DNA of 34,512 nt, taken from positions 1 to 34,512 of IMG/VR virus record IMGVR_UViG_3300000956_000009; one strand, given 5' to 3'. The translations under genes and the position numbers were made by a program. This document shows, piece by piece, positions 8,301 through 17,927 of this stretch (within the stretch, counting starts at the first letter, position 1; every line of letters starts with the position of its first letter). Origin of the DNA: a virus. Below the pieces are notes generated by a model. It was not told the DNA's origin, did no database searches, and saw only the letters and a list, made by a program, of their open reading frames with translations.

Positions 8301-8882
8301 ATGGCACTTCAAACGCGAACTGTGACACCTACCAAGGTGCTCACTGGAACCGGCATTATGTATGTTGGTTTGTACGGTACCGCAACTGAGCCAAGTGCGG
8401 GAGATGTTAACACAACTCCCCAGCTTACCGCCGGTTGGACTGAAGTTGGGGCGACCAAGGATGGTCTCACCACAAACATTACTCAAGAATTTTACCAGTC
8501 CAAGGTTGACGCCATTCCAGATCCGCTCAACTCGCACTTGGTGAGTCGGGAAGTTCGGGTTACCACGAACATGGCGGAAGCAACGCTGGCAAACCTGGCG
8601 ATTGCGCTGAATGACTCAACAGCAACAACTGGTTCTGGGTACAGCAAGTTGTCGCTACCAACGGGTGGTTCAGGGTATTCCCCGACCTACCGGAGTCTGA
8701 TCGTGGACGGTTATGGACCTGGTACGAACAAGAAGCGTCGCTTCTTGGCTCGTCGGGTGCTTTCAGTAGAACCGATTGAATCTTCGCAGAAGGACGATGA
8801 CGACGCTGTTTGGTCGGTTACCTTCCTTGCCCACTATGTAGACGCCAGCACACCGCCGTGTGACTGGATTGACGAGACGTAA
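8301..8882 (+). CDS. Major tail protein
   Basis: 193 aa with AAGGAGGGG upstream, located just before the chaperone pair. Pattern GTGIMYVGLYGT...GWTEVGATKDG...MAEATLANLAIAL is typical of siphovirus tail tube proteins. Confidence 0.8.
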   Translation: MALQTRTVTPTKVLTGTGIMYVGLYGTATEPSAGDVNTTPQLTAGWTEVGATKDGLTTNITQEFYQSKVDAIPDPLNSHLVSREVRVTTNMAEATLANLAIALNDSTATTGSGYSKLSLPTGGSGYSPTYRSLIVDGYGPGTNKKRRFLARRVLSVEPIESSQKDDDDAVWSVTFLAHYVDASTPPCDWIDET

Positions 8883-8904
8883 GAATTGACGAAAGGCCAG
8901 TACG

Positions 8905-9255
8905 ATGACTGAATTCGTTCCAGTTAGGATCGAAAAGCGGGATAGCTCAGTTGTAGATGAGCAGGAATTGTTCTTCTCCCTGGGTGACAAGGATTTCTAT
9001 CTTCCCAAGAAGATCCGGCCAAACGTAGCATTCCAGTATCTTGAAGACCTTAATGAGTTGGGCTCCGACGCCGCAATGGCCCGAGTCTTCGACACACTTA
9101 TCGGTCCTGAGGGTGTGGAAGCGTTGGCGGACCGTGACAACGAATACGACCTCACCGAAGATCAAACTGCATATCTGATGGCACACGTGGAAAAGCGACT
9201 ATTTGCGCTGATGGAAAAAGTTTCGGGAAAATCCTCGAAAGGGCGTCGGAAGTAA
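8905..9255 (+). CDS. Tail assembly chaperone (G-like)
   Basis: 116 aa, acidic, between the major tail and tape measure genes. Contains the slip site near its 3' end. Confidence 0.8.
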   Translation: MTEFVPVRIEKRDSSVVDEQELFFSLGDKDFYLPKKIRPNVAFQYLEDLNELGSDAAMARVFDTLIGPEGVEALADRDNEYDLTEDQTAYLMAHVEKRLFALMEKVSGKSSKGRRK

Positions 9256-9608
9256 TCTGGGTACTCAACCACATGGATGATATTGATGCCGATTTTCGGG
9301 TCTTCTTTAACATTCATGGGGTGGCAGATGGAAACTTTGGCGACCTTTCTTCAGAACGGTTCTTTGCATTAGCTTGTCGAACAGCGGCCTACCAGGGCAG
9401 TATGTGTGCAGTTGCTACATTCCAGCAAATGGAAGACGAAAAGAACAAAAACAAAGCTAGCAACCTACCAACTTCACCGGATGTAAGCGGCGCCGCCACG
9501 GTAAACCAGGAAATTCCGCTAACTCAGGCATCTTCAATGTTGCATCCAGCGTTCAAGGGCGAGGCACGGGCCGGACTTCCACCAGTGTTTGGACCGAAAC
9601 CGAGGTAG
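8905..9608 (+). CDS. Tail assembly chaperone frameshift fusion (GT-like; 8905..9231 joined to 9231..9608)
   Basis: The -1 frame segment carries IDADFRVFFNIHGVADGNFGDLSSERFFALA, resembling the T-part of actinophage GT chaperones. The predicted fusion is about 234 aa. Confidence 0.7.
9225..9231 (+). promoter_or_regulatory. Programmed -1 ribosomal frameshift heptamer G GGA AAA
   Basis: The heptamer is in the X XXY YYZ phase of the 8905 frame. The -1 frame is open from 9138 to 9608. Confidence 0.75.
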
Positions 9609-9612
9609 CAAG

Positions 9613-9993
9613 ATGGCAACCCGAGTGGTCATGGTGCCGGGATGGGAGGAACGGGTTGACCAAGCCTCAATGCCCACGATTTGGCACATAACTGAAGAAG
9701 TCGAAGATGATGCGAAACGATACGCCAATGTAGATACTGGCGAAATGAAAGCATCAATTCGGCATCGGAAGTTACGTCGATCTGGACAAGTCTGGATTGG
9801 CACTGACCACTGGCACTTCATTGAATACGGCACCAGACCACACGTTATTACACCAAATAAAAAAGAAGCACTGTGGTGGGAAGGCGCAGCACATCCGGTA
9901 AAGCGGGTGAATCACCCAGGAACCAGAGCCTATCGACCAATGCGTAGAGCCCTGTACCAGCGACGGACAGTAAGGAGGACACCGAATGGCTAG
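9613..9993 (+). CDS. HK97 gp10-like neck/tail-completion family protein
   Basis: ATG after GAGG (the ORF track begins at TTG 9589). Motif IGTDHWHFIEYGTRPHVI...HPGTRAYRPMRRAL. Confidence 0.7.
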   Translation: MATRVVMVPGWEERVDQASMPTIWHITEEVEDDAKRYANVDTGEMKASIRHRKLRRSGQVWIGTDHWHFIEYGTRPHVITPNKKEALWWEGAAHPVKRVNHPGTRAYRPMRRALYQRRTVRRTPNG

Positions 9994-11596
9994 CGGATTC
10001 AAGATCGCCGATGGATACGTGGAGATTCATGGCGAGGTTGACCGCGCCTCGATCCGTCGCGCGGCTGGTGAGGCAGGCGAGGACGCCGGAAGAGAATTCT
10101 CCCGTGGTAGTGAGCGGGCCAGCCGAGGGTCGGACGCACGGCGCAGCCGGGATGGCTTTTTCCGGAACTTCTTCACGCCGGACCCTGGATTGCTCCGAGT
10201 CCTGATGTTCCCAATGGTTCGCGCATTTGCCACACCTTTGGGTCTTGCTGCTGGCATACTCGGTTTGATGTTCGTTACCTCATTGGTGGCGACCATCGTG
10301 GGCGCGCTGGCGATTGCGGCAATTCCGATTGCCTTCGCTGGTCTGGCAGCGTTCATTCTCAAAGACAATGCACTTATCAAGAAAGACTTCGAAAAGCTCA
10401 CTACCCAAATTAAGACAGGTTTGGCAACGGCCGCTGCGCCGATGATTCCGGCGTTCCGCAATGCAATCGCCATTGTGGGTCAGCTGTTCACTGAGCAACT
10501 CCAACCCAAAATTGCCAACATTTTCAAGAACATTGCCCCAACCATTGGTCCGCTGACTGCTGCACTTACTGAAACCATCAATCGATTCCTCGCCGAAATT
10601 TCCAAGGCTGTGGAATCTTCTGGCTTCAAGCAATTCATGAATGACCTGACCCTGAATTTGCCTCGACTTGGAGAGGCAATTGGTGGCTTCTTCCGCATCC
10701 TGGCCGAGAATGGGGACAGTATTGGCAAGGCTTTCGGCATTGCGGTGTCAATTCTGTCGAATTTGATTACTGTACTGGCATGGGCCATCGTCATTGCATC
10801 ATCCTGGCTCATTGGCTTTGCCGCATTGTGGCATGGAATTCAGGCAGTTACTACTGGTGCTTGGAACTTCATCGTTGCTGTTGTTATGGGTGCGGTGAAT
10901 TTCATTCGTGGATTGCTCGATGGACTCATTCGGTGGGGAATCAATACCTTTACTACCGGCTGGGCAACTATGGTGGCGATTACTCGTGGCGCAATTAGCA
11001 TGGTTTTGGGGGCTATCAACGGACTTGCTGCACTTCCTGGTCGAATCGGTGCCTATTTCCAGGGTGCGGTGTCCGCTGCTGGTGGAGCAATTGGTAACCT
11101 GGTGAGTTTGGCGGCTTCTATCCCCGGACGAATTCAAGGTGCAATTGGAAACTTGGGTGGTCTGTTGGTGAATGCCGGTCGACAGGTTGTTCAGGGTCTT
11201 ATCAACGGCATCATGGCAATGATTCCAAACGTGGCTTCGGTGGCACGGACAGTTGCGAACACCATTGCTGGCTTCCTGCCGGGTTCCCCGGTGGAAACCG
11301 GACCGCTAACCGTACTGAACCGGGGTTATGCCGGAAAGCAAATCGTCAAAATGGTAACTGACGGAATGCGCATGCAGCCAGTAGCACCAACAGTTCAGCA
11401 AGTTGTCACCCCCATTGCTCGCTCCGTGGTTGGCCAAGGTTCTGGTGGCGGCATCACTCGGGACGACATGATGGAATTTGCTCGGATTCTGCGCAACACC
11501 CCAGTGAAAACGTTCATTGGTACTCGGGAAGTTGCAACAAGTGTTTTTGAATTTGCTGCTGGTGAAGTTTCAACTCCAGGCTTGGCGGTGACGTGA
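9986..11596 (+). CDS. Tape measure protein
   Basis: 536 aa with AGGAGG upstream. Long hydrophobic Gly/Ala-rich helical segments (GAIGNLGGLLVNAGRQVVQGLINGI). Position precedes the distal tail genes. Confidence 0.85.
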   Translation: MASGFKIADGYVEIHGEVDRASIRRAAGEAGEDAGREFSRGSERASRGSDARRSRDGFFRNFFTPDPGLLRVLMFPMVRAFATPLGLAAGILGLMFVTSLVATIVGALAIAAIPIAFAGLAAFILKDNALIKKDFEKLTTQIKTGLATAAAPMIPAFRNAIAIVGQLFTEQLQPKIANIFKNIAPTIGPLTAALTETINRFLAEISKAVESSGFKQFMNDLTLNLPRLGEAIGGFFRILAENGDSIGKAFGIAVSILSNLITVLAWAIVIASSWLIGFAALWHGIQAVTTGAWNFIVAVVMGAVNFIRGLLDGLIRWGINTFTTGWATMVAITRGAISMVLGAINGLAALPGRIGAYFQGAVSAAGGAIGNLVSLAASIPGRIQGAIGNLGGLLVNAGRQVVQGLINGIMAMIPNVASVARTVANTIAGFLPGSPVETGPLTVLNRGYAGKQIVKMVTDGMRMQPVAPTVQQVVTPIARSVVGQGSGGGITRDDMMEFARILRNTPVKTFIGTREVATSVFEFAAGEVSTPGLAVT

Positions 11597-12519
11597 TGGC
11601 GACATCGATGCGTCTGGTGGATGGAAGTTTTGAAGTCGTTCTGCGTGCCACAAATCCAAGTCCGTCGGACGCTTTCCTGCGTAGTGAATATATCGTCGAA
11701 GGTCCAGCAGTTCGAGAGGTAGTACAAAACCGAGTTGGAATTAGCGGTACTGTCGATCAGACCAACTTCGGCGGCAGTGGAAAAATTATCGTAAACGGTG
11801 TTGTTCAAAGTACAGCAACTGGCACATGGCAAAAATGGTTTAAACAGCTCCAACACTTTACCTATCCCGACCTCAGATTCTACATTTATATTCAAGAAGA
11901 TGGTGTTGTCGAGGAAACACGATACTACTGTCGAGCAATTCCAACTTCACTCACCAAAGGCCAAGCGAACGTAACATTCTGTGAATTCTCGTTCGAAGCT
12001 ATTACTATCGATGGCTTTGCCGAAAGCACTACGCTATATGAATCGGAAATTCGGGCACCATCAGCAAGTTCTGGCGGTATTCTGGTAACACCAGACACCG
12101 GCATTGGACAAGACAACTACGATGACAGCGGTATTGAAGTCACCGAATTCGGAATTCTGGTCACCGGTAGCAACGTAGCAACGTCAACCACGATAACCAT
12201 TTCTGGTGGTACATCAGCCTGGCCGATATTCTACATTTATGGGCAGTGTACCGACCCAGTTATTCGAAATCTTGACACCGGCCAAGTGTATGCATTCTAC
12301 GGTTTGTCTATTCCGGCTGGTAGCTATGTGGAAATTAACACCAAGCTTCGGACAGTATACCTAAACTCAGACGTAAACCAGAACTATTACCAGTTTATGT
12401 CATTCGCTGAATCTGCTTGGTGGCCGCTGCTACGCGGCACAAACTACATTTCTTTTGGTACATCGAGCCAATCAGCAACCTGCAAGCTTCTCATCCGGTA
12501 CCGCGAGCTGTTCATCTAA
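11593..12519 (+). CDS. Distal tail protein (Dit-like)
   Basis: 308 aa. GTGATG overlap with the tape measure stop. Called from its canonical position. Confidence 0.6.
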   Translation: MMATSMRLVDGSFEVVLRATNPSPSDAFLRSEYIVEGPAVREVVQNRVGISGTVDQTNFGGSGKIIVNGVVQSTATGTWQKWFKQLQHFTYPDLRFYIYIQEDGVVEETRYYCRAIPTSLTKGQANVTFCEFSFEAITIDGFAESTTLYESEIRAPSASSGGILVTPDTGIGQDNYDDSGIEVTEFGILVTGSNVATSTTITISGGTSAWPIFYIYGQCTDPVIRNLDTGQVYAFYGLSIPAGSYVEINTKLRTVYLNSDVNQNYYQFMSFAESAWWPLLRGTNYISFGTSSQSATCKLLIRYRELFI

Positions 12520-12531
12520 GGAGGGTTGGTC

Positions 12532-13518
12532 ATGGCGGATTTGGATTCAAGCTCAAACGTTACTGGTATGGATAGGTACGCATATTTCTTGCAACCTACC
12601 ACCGGTGACGCAGATATTTATTACACCGGCCCGATGATGCGGCAGCCGATTTCTGCGTTTATCTTGGCTGAGGGCGTCACAGATATCACGACACACTGGA
12701 AGTGTACTCAGCGTGCACTTGGTGCGAACAACACCATCGATATTGCTATCGGCTCCGGCTTCATCAAGGGAGACACAAACTTCGCCCAGCAGGGTTACTA
12801 CAGCTATCGCACCACTGCGGTGCTGAACCTGGAGATTCCGGCAGCTCCCGTGTCGGGTTCTCGGACCCACCGAGTTGTGTTGCAAGTTGTCGACAAGCAG
12901 GTTCAGTCTGGTACGAGTCGGGTTTTGGCTCGGTGTCTAGAAGACACGGGTTCTGGAACTCCAGCAGTTCCAGATACTGCACTCACACTGTGCTTGATTA
13001 CCCGAACTGCGGGCGATTCAAGCGTTGTCAACGCAAATATCCAGGACGAACGAGTTCCGTACGCCAATGGTGCGGGTCGGGTAGTCCAACTGACCCATTA
13101 CACCGCATCTGACACATTGCTTGGAACAGCCATCAACGCAGTGTGGAACGACATGGGTATGACTAGTGGCGAATTTTCTCTTCGCGAAGGACACCTATAC
13201 CGCATTATTACCCACGCAACAGTAAATACCTCATACGTTGACCACGAATTTGGACTATTCCGAATCCATTTGGGAACAAACACTGCCACCCTGGTTGGCG
13301 AATATTCCCAGTTCCTTTCAGATACTGACACCAATACCGTCATTTTCACCGCAGATTATCTTGCTGCATCATCAACTCGAAACCAGTTCCGTCTTTGGGG
13401 AAAAAACACTATTGCAAACTGGTTCCAGACTAAGGCAAAAACTATTGCTGCTGCTGGAACCCCACCGTACATCTGCGTGGTTGATCTAGGTCCGGTCAAC
13501 CGTATTGCTGGAATCTAA
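12532..13518 (+). CDS. Minor tail / receptor-binding fibre-like protein
   Basis: ATG 6 nt after AAGGAGGG (the ORF track begins at TTG 12526). Fibre-like motif ITRTAGDSSVVNANIQDERV. Confidence 0.6.
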   Translation: MADLDSSSNVTGMDRYAYFLQPTTGDADIYYTGPMMRQPISAFILAEGVTDITTHWKCTQRALGANNTIDIAIGSGFIKGDTNFAQQGYYSYRTTAVLNLEIPAAPVSGSRTHRVVLQVVDKQVQSGTSRVLARCLEDTGSGTPAVPDTALTLCLITRTAGDSSVVNANIQDERVPYANGAGRVVQLTHYTASDTLLGTAINAVWNDMGMTSGEFSLREGHLYRIITHATVNTSYVDHEFGLFRIHLGTNTATLVGEYSQFLSDTDTNTVIFTADYLAASSTRNQFRLWGKNTIANWFQTKAKTIAAAGTPPYICVVDLGPVNRIAGI

Positions 13519-13529
13519 GGAGGTTTGTC

Positions 13530-14111
13530 ATGCAAGAAGAAATTCGTCGCAAGACGAACCTCACGATTGTTCAGTACAACGAAGACACTGTATCTCGGGT
13601 CGCGGCGATTGTTGGTGGAGAGCCAACCAGCGAGCAACTTGAGCAACATACCAAGCCAGATCGCACCGTTGTCTACATTGACACGAACCTCATCACCAAT
13701 GCTGGTAAGGCTCGATTCAACAATCACTGTCTAGGAATTACTGGATTCCCGACTTTTGGACTAACAACTACAACAAGATTCTGTGTTGGTAACTCTTCAA
13801 CGGCTGTTTCAGGTTCTGACACGAACTTGAATGCATCGGCGAGCTTGACCGCGCGTTACTGCAAGCCGATTGATTCACAAGCAACGCTGACCACTACGAA
13901 CGTTTCCCAAGACACAATGCACTTTGAGACCACGATGGGCACGAGCGAAGCAAACTTTGCTTGGGAAGAATTTGGTCTCGACGTGGGATCTCCCACGGTA
14001 ACCGCTGGAATCTCGGTAAACACACTACTTACGCACGGTCTGCCATCACCGTCAGTTGGAACAAAGGGGTCCGGAGCAATTTGGATCGCTAAGGTTGACA
14101 TCGTTTCTTAG
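13530..14111 (+). CDS. Minor tail protein
   Basis: 193 aa with AAGGAGG upstream, located in the tail-tip block. Specific function unknown. Confidence 0.55.
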   Translation: MQEEIRRKTNLTIVQYNEDTVSRVAAIVGGEPTSEQLEQHTKPDRTVVYIDTNLITNAGKARFNNHCLGITGFPTFGLTTTTRFCVGNSSTAVSGSDTNLNASASLTARYCKPIDSQATLTTTNVSQDTMHFETTMGTSEANFAWEEFGLDVGSPTVTAGISVNTLLTHGLPSPSVGTKGSGAIWIAKVDIVS

Positions 14112-14137
14112 TACGGATTTCAAGGGAGGTGGAGTAG

Positions 14138-17100
14138 ATGGCACGGCTGTTTACTAACGGTTTCGAAATTAACAGCGTCACCAATGGCGTTGATTGGTCG
14201 ACTCACAGCGGCACACCGACAAACCAAACATCTGTTGTCCGCTCTGGCTCCCGTGCTGGACAAATCAATGGTCTTGGTAGTGGTGCGGCAAAAGGCTGGG
14301 GTCACCAGTTTGTAGCCACTGCTACCGGTGGTCCGTACTATGCCCGTGCATATTTTCAATACACTACGCTGCCATCGGTTACCACGGTTATCATGGCATT
14401 GTCTAATGCCATTACCTTCCCAGGGCTAAACTCTGGCGATGCCTGTCTGAAACTGACTACCGGTGGCAATGTTCAGCTGTTCATTGCTGGATCTCAAGTT
14501 GGCTCAAACTCAACAGCATTGACTAATGGTCAATGGTACATGTTGGAACTGTACGTCGATGGCACACCTGCATCTGGGTCACGAATCTGTCGAGCCCGTA
14601 TTGATGGTGTGGAGTTTGCTGGAACTGCGACCGCAACGACCTTCAACAACCCACGGACGTTGTTTGTCGGTGGGAACGTCTTCTTCGACGCATCTACCAC
14701 AGGTGTGTTCTACTGGGACGACGTTGCAGTTAATGACTCAACTGGATCAGCACAAAACTCGTACCCCGGTTCGGGTAAGGTTATTACCCTTTTCCCGGAT
14801 GCCGCAGGCGACTCCAACGCTTGGCTGAACACCGCTGCTGGTGCTGGGGCAAGCACAAACTACCAACTTGTTGATGAGAACCCACCAAACGACGCAACTG
14901 ACCTTGTTCAGTCAGTCACCGCAAACGCCCAAGACTTGTACAACTTTGGCGCATCTGGCCTGGGTGCCTCGGATACCATCAATGTGGTCCAGGTTTACTC
15001 TCGACACCGAAATAACACCGCTGACGCCACCACGTCGTTTGCTCTGGTTATTGAAAAAACTGCTGCTGGGACCAAAACTCAGGGCAGCACAATATTGCCC
15101 AACACAACCACCTGGCGGACCGGCTCCGGAAACGGTACGGCGGCTGCTGAGTGGCCGAGCCTGACGGCGTACCTCGACCCTGATGGCGCAGCATGGACAT
15201 CGACGACGATCGATTCAATGCAGGCCGGGCCGAAGCTGGTCGCGGCCGGAACCAACCGAGTCCAGGTTTCTGCTGTTTGGGTCACAATCGAATATGTTCA
15301 AGTTCCAGTTAACAAAAACCTAACTGAAACTCTTACCCGAACCGATTCACTGTCAGTCTCCGCAACAATGGAGTTGGAGGAAAGCCTTTCCCGGACCGAG
15401 TACCTTACGGTCGAGAAGTTTGGTGGATCTGAAACTGCACCAGCAAAACTTCATACTCTGACCGATTCCTTCGGTGGCGGCATACTTGACTCAAACAAGT
15501 GGACCGTGCCACCTGGGTCGGATTCTCCTACCTTCGGCACGAATCTGCTCGTGCTGCCCTGTACCGCTGCCTACACCAAGATCGACTCTTTCAAGCGGTA
15601 CGACGCCCGTAGCTCGTACATCTTCATCAAGGGCACGCCACCGGCTGTCGGCGACGGCACCCGTGAATACGCTCTGAAGCTGCGCGGTAACGGAGGGTAT
15701 GACGCCAACAGTTTTCAGTTCATCGTCACGGGGTACTCCCTACTAGCCCGAATTCGTCGCGGAGGCGTAGCGAGCGACGTATACGGAGAATTTAGCAGTT
15801 CCAATCACAAATGGCTTCGACTCCGCGAGTCGTCGGGCTTCATTTACTTTGAAACTTCCGCAGATGGCAATGTTTGGAACGTTTTCCACCAGGAAGCACA
15901 CCTGTTGGAGTCATACGTCTCAAGCATGGTCGTCACCATCGAGTGTGGGTTTTACGGAACTGAAGAAGCCTCAACAGGAACGCTAGAACTTGTCAATCTG
16001 CTCACTGCTATCACTCCTGCACCAGGACCAGGTACTTCGGTTGGTTCCGGATATGGGGACGGTGGTTACGGTGAGGGCGGTTACGGTGGCTCATCTGGTG
16101 GTGGAATTGTTATTCCTCCGCCAGCGCCAGATATTCCGGGAGACATTACCGGATCACTGCGTGCCCCGAAACTTCCAGATTGGCGGATCGCGGCTGGAGA
16201 ATGGCGGATTGGTCGTCAAATCGAGCTGACTCAGGCTTACGATATGACGGCTACCTTCCGGTTGCAAAACCCACACGAGTTGCGACTCAAGATTTTCGGC
16301 GGCGACGACCTACAGACCAACGCCATTGAAGATCTTATTACCGACATTTGGATCGACCGGGATGGGTACCCGGTCGGACTCTTCCGGGTTTTCGAAACGA
16401 AGGACCTGATCGAGCCAGACAAGTATGGTCTGGAACTTCGTGCCGTCGACTACAAGGGCATTCTGTCTCGCTACATCCTTGAAAATGAAACAACATACAA
16501 CGATACCCAGGAGAACATTGCTTGGGATCTGATTAACGACGCCCAGTCTCGGTACGGCGGGGATTTGGGTATCGTTCAAGGTATTTGGCCTGCAACAGGA
16601 GTTGTTCGGACAATTACCATGAAGGATGGCGAGCAGATTTATGGTAATATTCGTAACATGTCAATCCTAGCCAATGGCTTCGACTTCGACATTGATGCGC
16701 AAAAACGGGCGAACTTGTACTGGCGGGAACGTGGCCTAGATCGCGGTGTTGTGCTCGATTATGGCGGGACGGTAGTTGAGGTGGACCGCCATTCCGAGTC
16801 CAACAACTATGCCAATGCAATCCGGCAGAACGGCAATACCGATTTGGTCCTTTACCTTACGGCTGGTGATATTCCAAGTCGTCGGGAAGGTAGATGGGAA
16901 GCAGCTTATTCAGACGTGAATTTGAACGATTCAGCCAGCATTTCAGGAGCTGGACTTGCAAATCTGGATCGTTCATCAAAGCTGCAACCCTCCTACTCCA
17001 TGACCCTACGTCCAGGGTTTTGGAAAGGTCCAGACCACATTTGGCTAGGTGATCGTGTCACTGTTGTGCTCAAGGTTGGTCGCCTCGAAGAGGTTGTAGA

Positions 17101-17257
17101 AACACGTGTCTACGAAATCCAAATCGATCGCGACGAAAACTTGAACGAACGAGTGATTATCACCGCAGCTCGGGAGAAAGTCGACCTACGAAAGGTCCTT
17201 CGGGACCAAGGACGCCGTATTTCAGACTTGTCTCGTCGGTTCCGAGCGGATGTGTGA
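14138..17257 (+). CDS. Tail tip protein: lectin-like jelly-roll modules, Gly/Tyr linker and a C-terminal Tal/hub-like domain
   Basis: 1039 aa with GGGAGG upstream. Linker GSGYGDGGYGEGGYGG at 16043..16093. The segment from about aa 680 on (RIAAGEWRIGRQIELT...AVDYKGIL...NIAWDLINDAQ) resembles siphovirus tail-tip N-terminal hub domains. Confidence 0.75.
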   Translation: MARLFTNGFEINSVTNGVDWSTHSGTPTNQTSVVRSGSRAGQINGLGSGAAKGWGHQFVATATGGPYYARAYFQYTTLPSVTTVIMALSNAITFPGLNSGDACLKLTTGGNVQLFIAGSQVGSNSTALTNGQWYMLELYVDGTPASGSRICRARIDGVEFAGTATATTFNNPRTLFVGGNVFFDASTTGVFYWDDVAVNDSTGSAQNSYPGSGKVITLFPDAAGDSNAWLNTAAGAGASTNYQLVDENPPNDATDLVQSVTANAQDLYNFGASGLGASDTINVVQVYSRHRNNTADATTSFALVIEKTAAGTKTQGSTILPNTTTWRTGSGNGTAAAEWPSLTAYLDPDGAAWTSTTIDSMQAGPKLVAAGTNRVQVSAVWVTIEYVQVPVNKNLTETLTRTDSLSVSATMELEESLSRTEYLTVEKFGGSETAPAKLHTLTDSFGGGILDSNKWTVPPGSDSPTFGTNLLVLPCTAAYTKIDSFKRYDARSSYIFIKGTPPAVGDGTREYALKLRGNGGYDANSFQFIVTGYSLLARIRRGGVASDVYGEFSSSNHKWLRLRESSGFIYFETSADGNVWNVFHQEAHLLESYVSSMVVTIECGFYGTEEASTGTLELVNLLTAITPAPGPGTSVGSGYGDGGYGEGGYGGSSGGGIVIPPPAPDIPGDITGSLRAPKLPDWRIAAGEWRIGRQIELTQAYDMTATFRLQNPHELRLKIFGGDDLQTNAIEDLITDIWIDRDGYPVGLFRVFETKDLIEPDKYGLELRAVDYKGILSRYILENETTYNDTQENIAWDLINDAQSRYGGDLGIVQGIWPATGVVRTITMKDGEQIYGNIRNMSILANGFDFDIDAQKRANLYWRERGLDRGVVLDYGGTVVEVDRHSESNNYANAIRQNGNTDLVLYLTAGDIPSRREGRWEAAYSDVNLNDSASISGAGLANLDRSSKLQPSYSMTLRPGFWKGPDHIWLGDRVTVVLKVGRLEEVVETRVYEIQIDRDENLNERVIITAAREKVDLRKVLRDQGRRISDLSRRFRADV

Positions 17258-17287
17258 GGTAACACTACAGACTTTGAAAGGGCCGCC

Positions 17288-17662
17288 ATGACAACTAAAG
17301 AAAAGCTTATGCTCCTGGTCGGCGGTGTGGTTTCGTTGGTTTGGGCAGCATCTCTGGTGAATGGATTTTTCAACAAGGAGTACCAGACGCCAGATATCCT
17401 GAACACAGCCATGATGGCAATTGTAGCGTTTTTGTTCACTGCGGCAATTGCCAGTCGCGGCCAGGGCGGAGGGGATCAAAATGACAATAACAGTACTGGA
17501 GACAGTTCTCCTAGGACTAATAATAGGTCTTGGGGGCTTCCTCCTGGCGATGATGCTCCGCAATCGGGAGAGGATGAAGGAAATCTCTCTTTCCAAGAAA
17601 GTCCTCACCGCTATCGTACTTTTGTTCTTCTGCGTCCAAGTTGTCTACAATTTTCGTTCTGA
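17288..17662 (+). CDS. Two-TM holin-like membrane protein with a low-complexity tail
   Basis: GAAAGG upstream. TM segments LMLLVGGVVSLVWAASLV and AMMAIVAFLFTAAIA. The 3' 182 nt overlap the next gene out of frame. Confidence 0.5.
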   Translation: MTTKEKLMLLVGGVVSLVWAASLVNGFFNKEYQTPDILNTAMMAIVAFLFTAAIASRGQGGGDQNDNNSTGDSSPRTNNRSWGLPPGDDAPQSGEDEGNLSFQESPHRYRTFVLLRPSCLQFSF

Positions 17663-17915
17663 CGCAGATCGACAGGAAGCACTCGATTGTCAGTATCGGG
17701 TGAATGCGGCGATCATTACTGTTCTCAATGATCGTTCAGTCTCTACCACTACATCTGATATTGCTATGCGAGACATGGCACAAGCCATCCTGGATGCAAA
17801 ATCTACGGATGAAACTCGTGCTGCTATTCGTACCTTTATCGATGCAGTGAATGCAAAGGTTAAAGTTCGGGAAGACAATCCACTTCCGAGCATTCCAAAT
17901 GATTGCAAGCCGTAA
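17481..17915 (+). CDS. Two-TM membrane protein (holin or lysis accessory candidate)
   Basis: ATG after GGCGGAGGGG. TM segments VLLGLIIGLGGFLLAMML and VLTAIVLLFFCVQVV, then a soluble C-terminal region of about 85 aa. Confidence 0.6.
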   Translation: MTITVLETVLLGLIIGLGGFLLAMMLRNRERMKEISLSKKVLTAIVLLFFCVQVVYNFRSDADRQEALDCQYRVNAAIITVLNDRSVSTTTSDIAMRDMAQAILDAKSTDETRAAIRTFIDAVNAKVKVREDNPLPSIPNDCKP

Positions 17916-17927
17916 AGGAGGGTTGCA

